Shown here: piece by piece, positions 50,967 to 63,510 of the stretch
How positions within the stretch are numbered: the stretch's first letter is position 1
How the letters are laid out: each line of letters opens with the position of its first letter
Assembly: GCF_036321535.1 (NCBI RefSeq)
Contig: NC_087437.1
Coordinates: forward strand, 87,608,001-87,672,000
Direction of reading: 5' to 3'
DNA from: Camelus dromedarius
Taxonomy: Eukaryota
Length of the DNA: 64,000 nucleotides
The notes under the pieces: generated by a model
Database searches by the model: none
What the model was told of the DNA's origin: nothing
Seen by the model: the letters and a program-made list of their open reading frames with translations, nothing else
Position numbers and translations under genes: made by a program

Positions 50967-53794
50967 GTTTGGGTGCAAAATAAATATAAATGTTGCAAAA
51001 GTCCCTTCCAGTAGCCTTTTGTCAGTTTAAACAAATGAAGAGAGCTAAGTGAATAACGAGTGGAAAGTTTTCATTAGGAAAAGTCATTAAGTAGCTCGAT
51101 AGTAAATTTTACTGTAGTTTAAGAAATCATTAGATTATTGACTATTAATAGATTTTGCTGGAATAGCATTTTCAAAATACTTAAATTATATAGCTAGGAA
51201 ATAAGAATTAAACAGCATAACATTAATCAAAATCAAGCCACAGTAAGAATTAAAATCTGTCACTTGGTTTATCATTTAGTATCATGATGATTATCCTTCT
51301 CTGTTGATACAGTTGTTTTCACAAGCATGCACATCTATTTTGCACTCTAAATAAGTGTGTGATTAACTTAATGCATATTGATTTATTTAAGAAGTAATCA
51401 AATAGCCAAAGTTAGTTCTCTACATAAGTGTATTATTTTAATTATTTCCTTTTGGACCATGTCCCTCTTTTTGTCCCCCAGTATTAGACTAAAATTTTTT
51501 TAGGTTTAGTCTCAAAATAATAAAAATACAATAAACTCATCAAAATTAATAGGCACATGAGGCATATAGATCTGCCAAAAAAGGTCCTATTTGCAGGAAA
51601 ACTGTTATATCAGTTCTGATCTGTTTCTACCATACTTTACAAACACACTATTTATGTTGCTTTACTGAAAACTTGTATAGACTATTCCACTGAATAATTG
51701 TTTGGCCTTTCACTTTATTTTTCAAACATACTAATGCAGATTTGGTTCGGTAGAACTTCATTTTACTGTTTCCCTAGAGTAAATTCCTATCTACCTGTAT
51801 TTCTTTATGGCTTGACTAGATGTAGTACCATCTTCCAGTTCAGAAATATCTACTGGTTATATTAGTTTCCTTAATTTTGAAGATATTTAAGAAAGGTCAG
51901 ACTTAACTTTGATCCCAGTGAAGATCTGCTAGATAATTATGAATCTGCATTCACCTATTATTACAATTCAGCTACTTTTTCATACATTTAGGAGCTTCTC
52001 CACAATTAATTTGAAATATCAGTGAAACAATTTAAAAACACTGTTAAGTAATATTTTATACCTGACAATCTTCTTAGAAACACAATTTGATCACATTAAA
52101 ATAAAAATCAGATGAATTTATATTTTTAAGTTTAGAGGTAATGCTTTTCACCCTTATTTTGAAATTACATAAGTACATATATTTTTCTGCTATATGATTC
52201 ATATAGCAATATACACTGTTTTTTTCTTTAACTGTTTTTAGATACCTTTTTCTGTTTTCCAACCTATGATTCTGAGTCTCATGCATAAAATGTAGAAAGT
52301 AATACTTAAAGTTGTTGAAAATACTGAAACAGATCATATAAGTAAAAGCACGTTGTCAACTAGGAGAAAAAAATATTTTTTTGGCATTTTTATGACCATC
52401 ACATTATTTGCTTCATTGCATCTAGTATTTACATCAGTAATTAAATTCTAATACTACCTAGTTTATTACTATTAAACATTATTACTTAGTACAATTGTTT
52501 TTAGTTGAAGATTTGTACTCAACTGTGTTAGAGAAACAAACGACCAACATTGAGGATAAAAAAGTTTAACTAAATACCTACTATGCTAGGCATTATGTTT
52601 GCTACATTATAAAAGAAATATAAACATCCTCAACTATTACTAGCTTATGACCATACAATTAATGCCATAGTAACCATTAAATCTATTGCCACAAATTCCT
52701 TGTCATGCAGGAACTCAAGCCCCATGAAGAATGCTCCTTCAAGTTCCCAACAGATATTTTGGCAGTATCAAGGAGTGTCTTTGTTGTGTTTATAAATTAA
52801 CCCTGATTCTAACATAGGAAAATCATTGCCATCTCTCTACTGAGCTAGAATTCTCCTGAGCAGAAGTTCTGCACACCTGGAAATCCACAACCATGACTGT
52901 AACTCAAGCTACAGATTTGCCAATGCCAATGGGCTGGAAAGCCCTGCATTTGCCTTCTCTGACTGTTAAGGCACTTGACCCTCGCAGTATATAAGATTAA
53001 AAAAGAGAAGTCTCTTATACAAGAAGTCTTGAGTCTGGGAAATTTCTGGCTTAAATGTAGTCCCTGTCAAACCGGATGACATATGGTGCAACCAGGATGG
53101 GTCAGACCAGATCCAAATGTGAGCTTTTTAATTGCAACTTAAATCTTTACATGCTTCTGACCTACTGGCCTTCTAGCTGAGTCCAGCTCATTATGAGAGA
53201 GTTATTTCTTGTGGGGGTGCTTCATATCATATAAAAACTTATTTCTCTACCAACTTCTTAGCCCCACATCAGTTCACCAAATACGTTTATGTATATCTCA
53301 ATCAACGCTAAGAGGACACACTATTTTTGTTCCTTGACAAGCATGAAGATACTCTGGGCCACCAAATAAATCATGAGAAAGAAAGAAAGGCTTGGTCTGT
53401 GTGAAAGAAGTTTGGGGAGTGCTATAGAAAAGATTATCCCCTAAGCAAATGTATCTGTATCTCAAATCTCATTGAAGTATGCATTAATCCATTGTTATCA
53501 TTATTTAGACACATGAAGTCAGTCTAGTATAATTACTATTTTCAAGGTAATGAAATTGAAGCTTGGAAACCTGTAAATCATGTATTCATAGCTACATGAC
53601 ATGAAGGTTAAAATCCAAACTCAGGCTTTTGTGAGTTCTATGTCTTTTCTTATTTTTATTACATTAGAAAATTATAGCATTATGTTTACCACACATACAT
53701 GTATCATACACACATACACAGAACATTAGACATGTAACATTATTATTAATAGATCATTTAGGAGCACTGAGTGTTTTGGTAGGGGTAGAGGGGG

Positions 53795-53845
53795 AGTGTG
53801 TGTGTGTGTTTGCATGTGTGCATGTGTGTGTGTGTGAGTCTGTGT
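53795..53845. repeat. Imperfect (TG)n microsatellite
   Basis: Directly visible. Confidence 0.9.
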
Positions 53846-55074
53846 ATCTTCTTGGCTGTGTTTGCTCATTTGCAGCAAGATGAGATGGGAGAGAGGGTCA
53901 AGGAATAGATGCTAACTCTTCAAGGAAGAAGAGGGAGCATATGGAATGACACAGAGTAGCTCATGGCTAATCTTTTACTTAGTCCCTCTGACCCTCTCCC
54001 CACAGCCTACTGATATTATGCAGGAGTTCAAGTTAATACCCAAAAACTTCCCCTCTGAAAGCTTTAACCTGCAAGCATGTTATCATGCTGCCACCACCTA
54101 GCATTAACCACTGAATTTTTGAAGATGCCCAGTCTGTTTTTAAATATACAAAATGTACTATAACAAAATTTCTCCTGAAATAAGCATTTTCCCTAAAATC
54201 AAATTCTTACAAGAGAAAATAAAAACATAAAATATCTGAGATAGCTTCAAATCCAAGGGCGCTGTCAGGTTATCAGCAAAATCTGTTGCAAAGGTCTTCA
54301 TCAAATCATCAGCAGCACAACACAGAATTGCACAGGACCCGCATCACAGTAGCAGCTATGGAGGTATGTGTTACACATGTGCACGGGGGTGGTGTTTGTC
54401 ATATTATGCCACATGTTTTTGAACAGTCAAGGGCTAGGCTGACTCCAATATCCAGACTTTGACAGGCTCAGAATCCAAACATTCCAGTGGATAATGTGAC
54501 TCCCATGGATAAATAACATAAACCCTCTTCCTTTCAAATCTCAGGCCAGTAGACTCCACCGTTCAGAGGACCAGTGACCTCTGGGTTAAAATTGGCAAGA
54601 GTGCTGTCAAACTTATTAACATATTGACATCATTGTTTTCCTTTCAAGAAGCCCTGTTGAGAAGCATACTTGTTCCATCTTTGGACAGCTTCAACTTCAC
54701 AACTCCTGCAATTATACATGACCTAAGAAGTGTGAAAGGACGTTTTTCTGTCTCAGAGATGCTTTGCTTCTTCATTAAAACAAAATAGAACACAAAACAA
54801 TCCAGAGAAAAAAAGACTTTAGAAAGGCTACCAGTAGTAATAAAACATACTGATTTTATTACATTAATCAGAGAAAAACAAAACAAAACCAGAAAAACTA
54901 AAAGATCATGTTTTTGTCAAAACAAATTAGTTATAAATGATAAGATTTTAATTCCCGTATCCTTTATCTGTTACTTCAACAGAAATGTTCTTCTGAGTAA
55001 AAATAGACACCTTTCTCTTATGAGTTCTAAACTTGTATTCTTTTTTTTTTTTAACAAATGTAGGATATTGGTGA

Positions 55075-55218
55075 ACTAGTATACTTTAAAGTAGTATATT
55101 CAAAACACCAGGGACCCTGTTGAAAAGTAAATTCTGATTCAGTTGTTCTGGGCCAGGGTCTGATCAGTTGTATGATGTCAATGGTCTCAGTCCAAGGATC
55201 ACACTTGAAATGCTGAGG
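55075..55218. mobile_element. MER5-family hAT element
   Basis: caccagggaccctgttgaaaagtaaattctgattcagttgttctggg...ccaaggatcacacttga. Confidence 0.7.
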
Positions 55219-55494
55219 TTCTAGTCAAGAGTATAGAAATTACACCTGCTCCAGATAAACAGTATTTGTCAGATCATGAATATATGCAATTGAGATGTGT
55301 GCTTTGCAGAGTAGTTCTTAATCAAGAAACACAAAATGTGAAAGCTTACATTGATAAACAATTTCGTTACACCACAAATTTTTAAGAGTACCCTATTTAA
55401 CTCTTTCATTCATTTAACAAATCCCTATATAATGCTTATGTAATTACATAATGCTTCTGCATAACACAGTCCTTATGTAATCCTTATATAATTA

Positions 55495-55635
55495 TATAAT
55501 GCATATGTCAGGCCCTGTTCCACTTATTTTATGGTTAGAAACTTCTTTACCTCCTTAAGAGGTAGGCACAACCCAGTGAGGAAGCTAAGGTATAGAGTGG
55601 TTAAGTGACTTATTTAATGTCACAGTCCATTAACA
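55495..55635 (-). mobile_element. MIR fragment
   Basis: gaggtagg...tgaggaagctaaggtatagagtggttaagtgactt...gtcacag. Confidence 0.7.
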
Positions 55636-58600
55636 CTAGCATCTCAGTGGCTAAAATATTTCTAGATTTTCTTTATAGGAGTGAAAATTCCACTATGCAA
55701 GAATTTTGTCATCATTTGCTGAATAATAATTTAGTCATATTCAACTTTTTTTAATTTAGTACCTACTATATGCCTAGAGCTATGCTAGAGGTTTTTCCCC
55801 CTTAACTGTCTTAGTAATAATGTGAGATTTATTACAGGAAAAGCTGCCAAGATCAAAATGAGTATAGTGACTTGACTTGAGTTGGAAATCACTGGCAGTG
55901 CCAAGGTCATGTCTACAGAATTCAAGTAAGCTTCTCTTTTAGTGCCTGATATGTTGACCCCCCAAGTAAAAATCACCCAAGAATTACATGAACTATGTAA
56001 AAAATAATAGAGTTCTCCTAGAAAAACTGGATATTTCCTTAAATATATGTAATGTTTGAGTTAGCATTTTCTGTCTCACACAATTTAAATAAGCTGATAT
56101 TTTTATTTATACTACACAGTACATAATTCAATGTCCAATAATAAATTTATTCCTTTTTAAAAATAATTTGTAATATTTTAAGAGATTTAAAAAATAATTT
56201 GAAGATAAATATATTATTTCAAATTATGAATAAAGTGGTTTTTAAATATCTAGTTTTAAATTTAGTGAAAATTAGGCCATGGATTGTTAAATGAATATTT
56301 TATTTTTTAGGGCACTATCCGAATGCTCTTGATATTTAATTAGTGAAATCTAGCAATATTAGATTGTATTCCTTACTACTGGTTTAATTATCAAAGCTTT
56401 CTGAGAATTTTCAGGAGGAAGAGACACTAGGAGAAAGCAACTAAGAAAACATGGCCAGTTGGTTCTAAAAATGTTATAGAAGAAATAAAATTGTATCCAT
56501 AAACACACAAGGTAAAGGTTACAAAACCCTGGGGAGGCCAGTGACACTAATGGAGCAGCCAGAGTGGGGAGGGACAGCTGCTAGCTGTCTTTTACTCAGA
56601 GACGGTATTACTACAGACAAACCAATCTGCAGCTGTCAGTCAAAGACATAACCTTCACACTCACCTTTTGCAAATTATCAGGACCATATCCTCCCAATAA
56701 TGGGAGTGCATGTCCATGGATGTGTATTGAGAGTGACACCTGACTTAAAAGGTTAATCCACATTTTAAAATAAATACCTCATACCGACATTATAAACAAT
56801 GAATTATTTTGGCTCTTACTTTTCCCTTTTTTATCTTTTTTCCCAACATGAATGTTGGACTTTTGATCTCATTCATTAATGTCCTTTCTTTCTCTCCCCT
56901 CCCTGTCTTGTCTTTTTCTTTTTTCTTTTCTTCTCTTTCACCTTCCCCCAGAGTCCCAGGACAGGGAGCAGGAGACAAAGACAAAGGGACACTCAAGCCA
57001 ATTCATAATTTTAGAGCTTCTGCAAACAGAGGAACTGTGTGCATTTCCCCAACATTTCTGGGTAGGACTTGGGAACAATTGATTTTCTCTCTATAAGAAT
57101 TAAAAGCCTCTTATTTGGTATAACCCTTACACAGACTAAGTCCTTATGTTCTGGCTCCTCCCAAAGAAAGTTTCACTTTGTAAGAGCAGTTACAATCGAT
57201 GGAGATTTACCTTGAGTTCTATAAGGAAGCTGGAAGGGGGAATTTACTAACAAAACACACAATTTTTCTTTTTCAAAAGTCCAGTAGTCTCCATTCTCAG
57301 CCTCCAGCCAACAAGTCTGCTTCTTTCTCTTTCCTTCCAGAACTCAGCCTTCTGGGCTCCTCAGTCCCACTTTTTAGATCTCACCTACTCTGGGGCTTCT
57401 CAAAATTTTTGTCCTTTTATTGCCGTCTTGATCTCTAAACCCACTACTTACTGTTGTTTTTAAGAATGTGAAAGCTGATAGAGGAGAATAAAACTATTAG
57501 ACAATAAACACTGACATATAAATTCTATCAAACTCTTGCAAATTTGTGCTGAGGAAGGGGCAGTAGTTAGTAATTCTAACACCCCAAGTTTCCAAATTTT
57601 AGGGAGAATAGTGGAATATTCTACATGAGATTGATTTCTTCTGTAATAATCTTGCCTTTGAGAACTGCATACAAGACTGAAAATATTGTACCTATTGGAT
57701 TAAATATACCTGCATGTATAAAATAAAGATATCACTCCAAGTAAGTGGAGAGGCTAATCTCATATTGAGAAATGAGAGTTGCATTTCTTTAACTGCTTTG
57801 TGATTAGCAAGATGCATTCCTTTCTAATAGCATCAGTGAGTCCCACTCTTAAGCCAAAATGTTTCTGGATTTTTGCTACTTTTTGAGGACTACTAGAAAA
57901 CACAAAAGCCCTCTATAACTTTTCAAAGTTTGCTTTTTTTATGAGAAGAAAGACTCTGCTTTGCAAATCCTAGTAAGAACTCTTAAGTTTTTGTGTTGGT
58001 CATAGTCTCTTGTCTGATGATGTATGGTAGAAATGTGGGGCAGTGAAGGGATCGATGACCAATTAGTCCAGTTACATGGGCAAATACGACACTTTATTAT
58101 TGTTTAAATTCATATCTTCAGTGGTGCCCTCTTACAAGTTTTATTTCTGATTGTGAATTTTCTAGTTTGAATTATGCTCATTTACATATTGAGGAATTAA
58201 TTTCTTATCTAAATGAATAAAATATTCTATTTGATGATAGATTTAACCTCCCTTTTGTAGTACTTGCTATGGATCTGTGTTCCCCATCTACTGACTGTCT
58301 TTTTTTCAACATACAGACTTTAGTGATTTTATATAATCAACTATTATCTTTACTTTGTGAATACTATTATCATTTCCAAATTGACATAAAAAGTCAATTT
58401 AGACTTGAAAAATTAATATTGACAAATATTCAGCTGTATTATGAGGATAAAGTGAGATCATGTACTTGTGTCAGGTATTAAATGATTGCTTCTAAGCTCT
58501 ACGTATACATTCATTGTTCTGCCAGGCAAAAGTTGAACTGGGCTCTGGAAGCACTTCTCCTTGGCAAGCTGACCCAATACTTCAGCAAAAGGAAGTGGAG

Positions 58601-58789
58601 GAACGGAGGAAAGGTCTTCTCTTTCTGCTTCTGGTGTGATTCCTCTCTTCTTGCTCCAATGTCATAGCTGCCAACAATAGGTATAACAGAAATCCAAAGA
58701 TTCTCACTCTTCAGCAAGTTTTATTATCAGTCCCCATCCCTGGTTCCAACAACTGTTTTGTTGATAACGTTTGGTTGACCATTTTGTCT

Positions 58790-59220
58790 GGGGTTAGAAA
58801 TGGTCAGAAGTACAGTTCAACATTGATTCATTGGCAGTTATTAACTGTTGGCTGGATGATCTAAGACTTGAAAGAAACAGGATTCGAATATTGGTAACAG
58901 AAAAGTCTGGGGAAGACATATGTGGGTGGAACTCTCAGTGGACATAAACTATGAAGGTATTTGTGCCTGTGTTCTAAATGGCATCTATCTCAGAGGAGGG
59001 TCTAAGTCAACAGGCAGAAAAAAGGACAAGCTCCATGGATGTCTGCCAGTCTCTTTCCCCAGCCTTCCCAGCACTTGCCCAATTACCACATGAAGAAAAG
59101 TAACTATGGGGCCATGGGCTGAACAACATGGACTTCCTTTATGAAAACTTACCTGGCTGACGCTAAGACCAGTGCCTTATCTCCACCGGTAGTAATTGAT
59201 TAAGCCCCACTATGGTACCA
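58790..59220 (+). mobile_element. ERVL internal fossil: pol RNase H to integrase zinc-finger region
   Basis: Decayed translation WSEVQFNIDSLAVIN/LAG*SKT*KKQDSNIGNRKVWGRHMWVELS...MDVCQSLSPAFPALAQLPHE...WAEQHGLP...YGT parallels ERVL pol (YTDSWAVANGLAGWSGTWKE.DWKIGDKEVWGRGMW...WAQQHGLP). Many stops and frameshifts. Confidence 0.88.
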
Positions 59221-59416
59221 GTTAGGCAATGAGATGTTCCTCTTCAATTGTCAAATTATTAAAGATTTAAAGCTGTGAGTATAAGCAGGTTGGCAAATCT
59301 AGGGAAATGAGTTCTGACACCCTTTGCCTGGGTACCAGGGTGTGTGGGTTGGTATAATCTTCTGGGGGCCAGTTAGAAAGAGGGCTTCTATGAATGATCT
59401 AAGATCTTCTTTCTAA

Positions 59417-59996
59417 CAAGACTCAAATTTACTGAGAAGCAAAAGATGCTGAAACTTCACAGCCTCACGCTGTCCTGGGCCCCTTCCAAGACTGGGAGGA
59501 TCTTAGCAAGGTATTCACACGGTCACATGGGTTTGGAATTTTGCATATGAGATATTTTATGTTTTTAATTCTTATTTTGTATTCAAGTGTAGTCAGTTTA
59601 CAATGTTAGTTTCATGTGTACAGCAGAGCAATTCAGTTACACATATACAAATTTTTTTTTTTAGGTTCTTTTCCATTACAGCTCTTTATAAGAAATTGAA
59701 TATAGCTCCCTGTGCTATACAGTAGATCTTTGTTGTTTATCTGTTTTATATATAGTAATGTGTATCTGTTAATCCCAAACTTCTCAATCCTCCCCCCAAA
59801 CTCCCCCCTGGTAACCACAGTTTATTTTCTATGTCCATAGGTCTATTTCTGGTTTGTAAATAAAATTTATATCTTTTTTTTTAGATTCCACATCTAAACG
59901 ACATCATATGAAAAGAGATATTTTATATTCTTCCTTGTTAATACCTACCCCACAAAATTGTATCAGCCTAGGCCTCACAAAACTGAATCTGACCTG
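59417..59996. mobile_element. Arthur1A-like hAT-Tip100 MITE split by an L1 (parts 59417-59566 and 59915-59996)
   Basis: gggccccttccaagactgggagg...tagcaaggtattcacacggtcacatg and aaattgtatcagc..aggcctcacaaaactgaatctgacctg match the two ends of Arthur1-type elements. Confidence 0.75.
59567..59911 (-). mobile_element. Young 5'-truncated L1 3'UTR
   Basis: Reverse complement of the same family as 49178-49560. TSD gagatattttatgttttt (59549-59566) and gagatattttatattctt (59915-59932). Confidence 0.93.
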
Positions 59997-60013
59997 AAAG
60001 TACATTGTTATTT

Positions 60014-60075
60014 AAAACAAAAACAAAAACAAAACAAAGAAAGGAAGAAAGAAAAAAAAAAGAACAAAAGAAAGA
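60014..60075. repeat. A-rich simple repeat (AAAAAC/GAAA units)
   Basis: Directly visible. Confidence 0.85.
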
Positions 60076-62112
60076 GATTCAGTCAGAAATTCCTGAAAGT
60101 AATTATGTTTAGTAGATAATTTTAATGCATGTTTAAGAAGCTTGTAGTGTCCCTTTGGGAATATTAAAATGTAGTTTTGTTTTTATTTATCTTAGCTTTT
60201 TTATATTACTTTTACTGTATAAGCATTCTTTTTTGATTCATATGACTCCTTTCTTATAATGCACTAAGAATGTTCCAACATAGGTTAAGTTTAAAAAAAA
60301 ATCAATATGTAAGGGATAACCAGATTTCCTGAATTTATATAAAGATTCTTACTTTTCTATGAAGAAACAGATACAGTGTTTCTCTAAAAATCCAGAATGT
60401 TAACAGCGTCAGTATTCATGGAAGCACATATGATGAGAGCATGAGGATGTTTTGACTTCTGTTGAAGAATGACATTAACTACATCTTTAAAAACAGGATT
60501 AATTTACCACAAATGAACTTATGAATACCATGGAAAATCAATCTTTCTATTTTAAATTCCTACAGAATCTGAAAGTCTTACAGAATATCAAGCACTGCAA
60601 TAATTTTGTGAAATGATTTTTAAACCTGACATACAGTTTTGTAGAATGTCTGGTCCCATTGTCTTATAAATATTCATAAAAGTCTTTCACAGGCTTGCCA
60701 AAATGCCAGTGGCTTCTTGTTATTTACAGCAGGTAGCATGAAAGTAAGCTGGAAGTGCCAAGGCAGTCGAAACTACTCTTTGGAGATAGCAAGGGAAAAG
60801 AGTCACCTTTGGAGGGGGGCTCCTCCATGCTGCCGGGCATTAGGACACAGAAGAGTACTGGCTCCCGCCATCTTTCTTACAGACCTCTCAGGCTGCAGGC
60901 TGGCCTGATGAAAACACTTCCTTTTCTCATTTTCCTTCAAGACTGCACTGGATTTAAAAAAACAAAACAAAACTAATTTCACTAGAAGAGGAAGGAGGAG
61001 GGGGAGGTGGAAAAGGATTGGGGGAAATAGTGTGGTTTATACTAGAAGCTATAGCTTTTCAGGAAATGGCTTTAATTACAGCTGTAATATCACACAAATA
61101 GAAGGCAATCCTCCCATTCTTGTAAAAGTGTGGATATCCCCATATCCCCAAATACAGGTGGGTAGAAAAATCTTAAAAGAATGAAAGGAACACTTATGAA
61201 ATTTAATATTTAAACCAAATTCCTACTTTAATATATTTTTCTCCGAGCATTCCAGTTACATTCGGTATTACTTAGATTTCTACTATTTGCAATATTCAGA
61301 TAGATTTTGTCAACCACTTCAAAATTATTTGTATATTAAATCTATAAACTAATGATATGAAAAGATTGTCCATAGAACAAAAAAAATTTATTTTCTTTAA
61401 TATGACTTCTGTACGTGTAACAAATTATCATGAAAGGGCATATTTTTCAAAATAAACAGGTCTATAAATATTTCTAAAAGTGTGGAAGAGTGTTTAGTTC
61501 TTACAGTTCATGTTTGGTCAAGATGGTATCTTTTGAATAGGAAAGCTTAAAAAGATTGAAAAACGAGGGAGTTACATATTAAGTCAATGCCTTTGCTAGA
61601 TATGAAATGTGAAGTTTTGGGACTCTTCCCAGACTAAAACCTAGTAACAACTTGTATTAAATTACCACAAAATAAATAATAGAAAAGCATAGGATATTAT
61701 AAGGTAGGAATAGTTATATTGAAAAGGATCAGATGAAAATATAATTATCTCCCAGTGAACACACACATACACAAAAGAAATGTAAATCCACATCACCTGC
61801 CAGATCATTTTTCCTTTCTATAAAACAGGAAATTTGAAACACACAATTTATTCTACCTGTTGAAGTAATGTAAATGAAGGTGGGTTCAGCCTGATAACTG
61901 CATTTCTCTTTAGATTTACCAAATGGAAAACTAGGCAACTCTTGGGCATATATGCTATCAAATAAGTTTGACATTCAATCAAAATTTTGTAAAATATCAT
62001 GTGTCATAGGAAGAAAAAATGCAATAACTATAATAGCTAAATAATGAATTATGAAAGCTTGAATGTTTTGACTTTCCTGAACTATGAAGGAAATATAAAT
62101 ATAGTTTTAGTT

Positions 62113-62287
62113 TTTGTGAAAACTTAGTGACTTAATCACTCTAAGAGTCAGTTTCTACATCTGCAAAATGGATTTAATATCACCTGCTTGGTATGATTAT
62201 TGTAAAGATACATATGATAAAAATTGGAAAGAACTTAGCTTAGTCACTGGAACTTAATACACATTTACAAATATTAATTGTTATTGT
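62113..62287 (+). mobile_element. MIR SINE
   Basis: gtgacttaatcactct...tcagtttctacatctgcaaaatgg...aatatcacctgc...aacttagc...aaatattaattgttatt. Confidence 0.8.
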
Positions 62288-62699
62288 TTGGTAAATTAGT
62301 TTGCTTAGAAAGAAAGCCAGGCCTTTCTGTCCCCACATCCATAATCTTTTCATTGCTGCTATTGGTCAGAATAAAATGGATTAAAGTCATTCTTGATTTA
62401 GTTTTCTTTCAATTCTGATAATAAAAAAATAAGCCTGAGTCTATTCAGGGTATTTCTATTATCAGAACCATCTGTAGTTGAAATAATCTGTCTTCCCCAT
62501 TAATTTACACATTTTGTTTTTATTTACACTCCCAGTGTACTCTTTATTCATTGAAGTAGATAGAAAATACATAAAGTTAATAATCTAACAGGAACCTGTC
62601 CTGTCTGAAGCAAATCTTAACAGGTGTATCTATCAATTTAGTCCAAAAAACACTATTAAGCACCTACTATCTACAAAACGCTCTGTGAGGCATCACATA

Positions 62700-63272
62700 G
62701 CAGCAATCCAAAAATGTGATAGCACGTTTTTGATAAGTGTGTGGGAAAACAGGCACCCTCATCCCATACTGAGGGGAAATCGGTATCACCCCTATGGAGG
62801 CCAACTTGACCATATCCATGAAAATTTTAGATGATAATACCCTTTGAGGCAGCAATCAGGATTTTTTATGCTATAGATATTGCAGGTTTTAGCATTATTT
62901 GTAATAGCAGTTGTGAAAACATACTAAACATATATCAGTAAAGGAAGAGATATGTAATGTATATTACAACCACAAGGCAGCTATTAAAAAAAAAGGTGCA
63001 TCACATGCAGTAATAGGAAAATCTCTCTAAAGTACAGGTTCAATTCCATCTAGTATGATACTGTAAAAAATAAATAAATAAAATACACAAGAATTTACAT
63101 TTGCCAGTAAATTCAAAAAATAAATTTTGTATAACACATAAGATCTAAAAAGATCTATCTGCTGGGAGGGGAGCAGGAACTAGGTCACTGAGAGATCAGC
63201 TTTTCACTATATGTCCTTTTTAATTTTCTCCATTTGGAGTAGGGTAAGTATTTTATCTTTTTAAAATAAAAT
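62700..63272 (+). mobile_element. Old L1 (L1ME-like) 3' end
   Basis: tgtgggaaaacaggcaccctcat...ctatggagg...ccctttgaggcagcaat...gcattatttgtaatagca...gcagctattaaaaa...cttttcactatat. Confidence 0.8.
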
Positions 63273-63289
63273 CTTCTGAAAAGTGACAA

Positions 63290-63510
63290 TTCTGGCCACT
63301 CCTGGCTGCTACTGGAGAATACATTGTAAGGAAGTAGGAAGCAGGAAGCAGGAGATAGAGAGACAAGTTAGGATGCTACTGCAGTGGTCCAGGTAACAGA
63401 CAGCAGAGTTGATTCTGAATATATTTCAAACAAAAGGCAGAAAAGATACGGTGATGATTGGATGTGGAGTTTAAAACAAAGAGGCAAGCAAGACATAATG
63501 GCTGACATCA
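63290..63510 (-). mobile_element. L2 fragment
   Basis: ctggctgct...ggagaata...gttaggatgctactgcagtggtccaggt...gattctgaatatattt...gattggatgtgg. Confidence 0.8.

Noticed and set aside
54644..54790. Exon-like segments on both strands
   Set aside because: Splice sites are weak and no peptide is recognisable.
58790..59220. Domesticated or intact retroviral pol gene
   Set aside because: Multiple stops and frameshifts; it is a fossil fragment only.
759..63272. Inferring a host gene's strand from L1 orientation bias
   Set aside because: There are too few copies and orientations are mixed (young L1s: 5 plus, 2 minus; old L1s on both strands).
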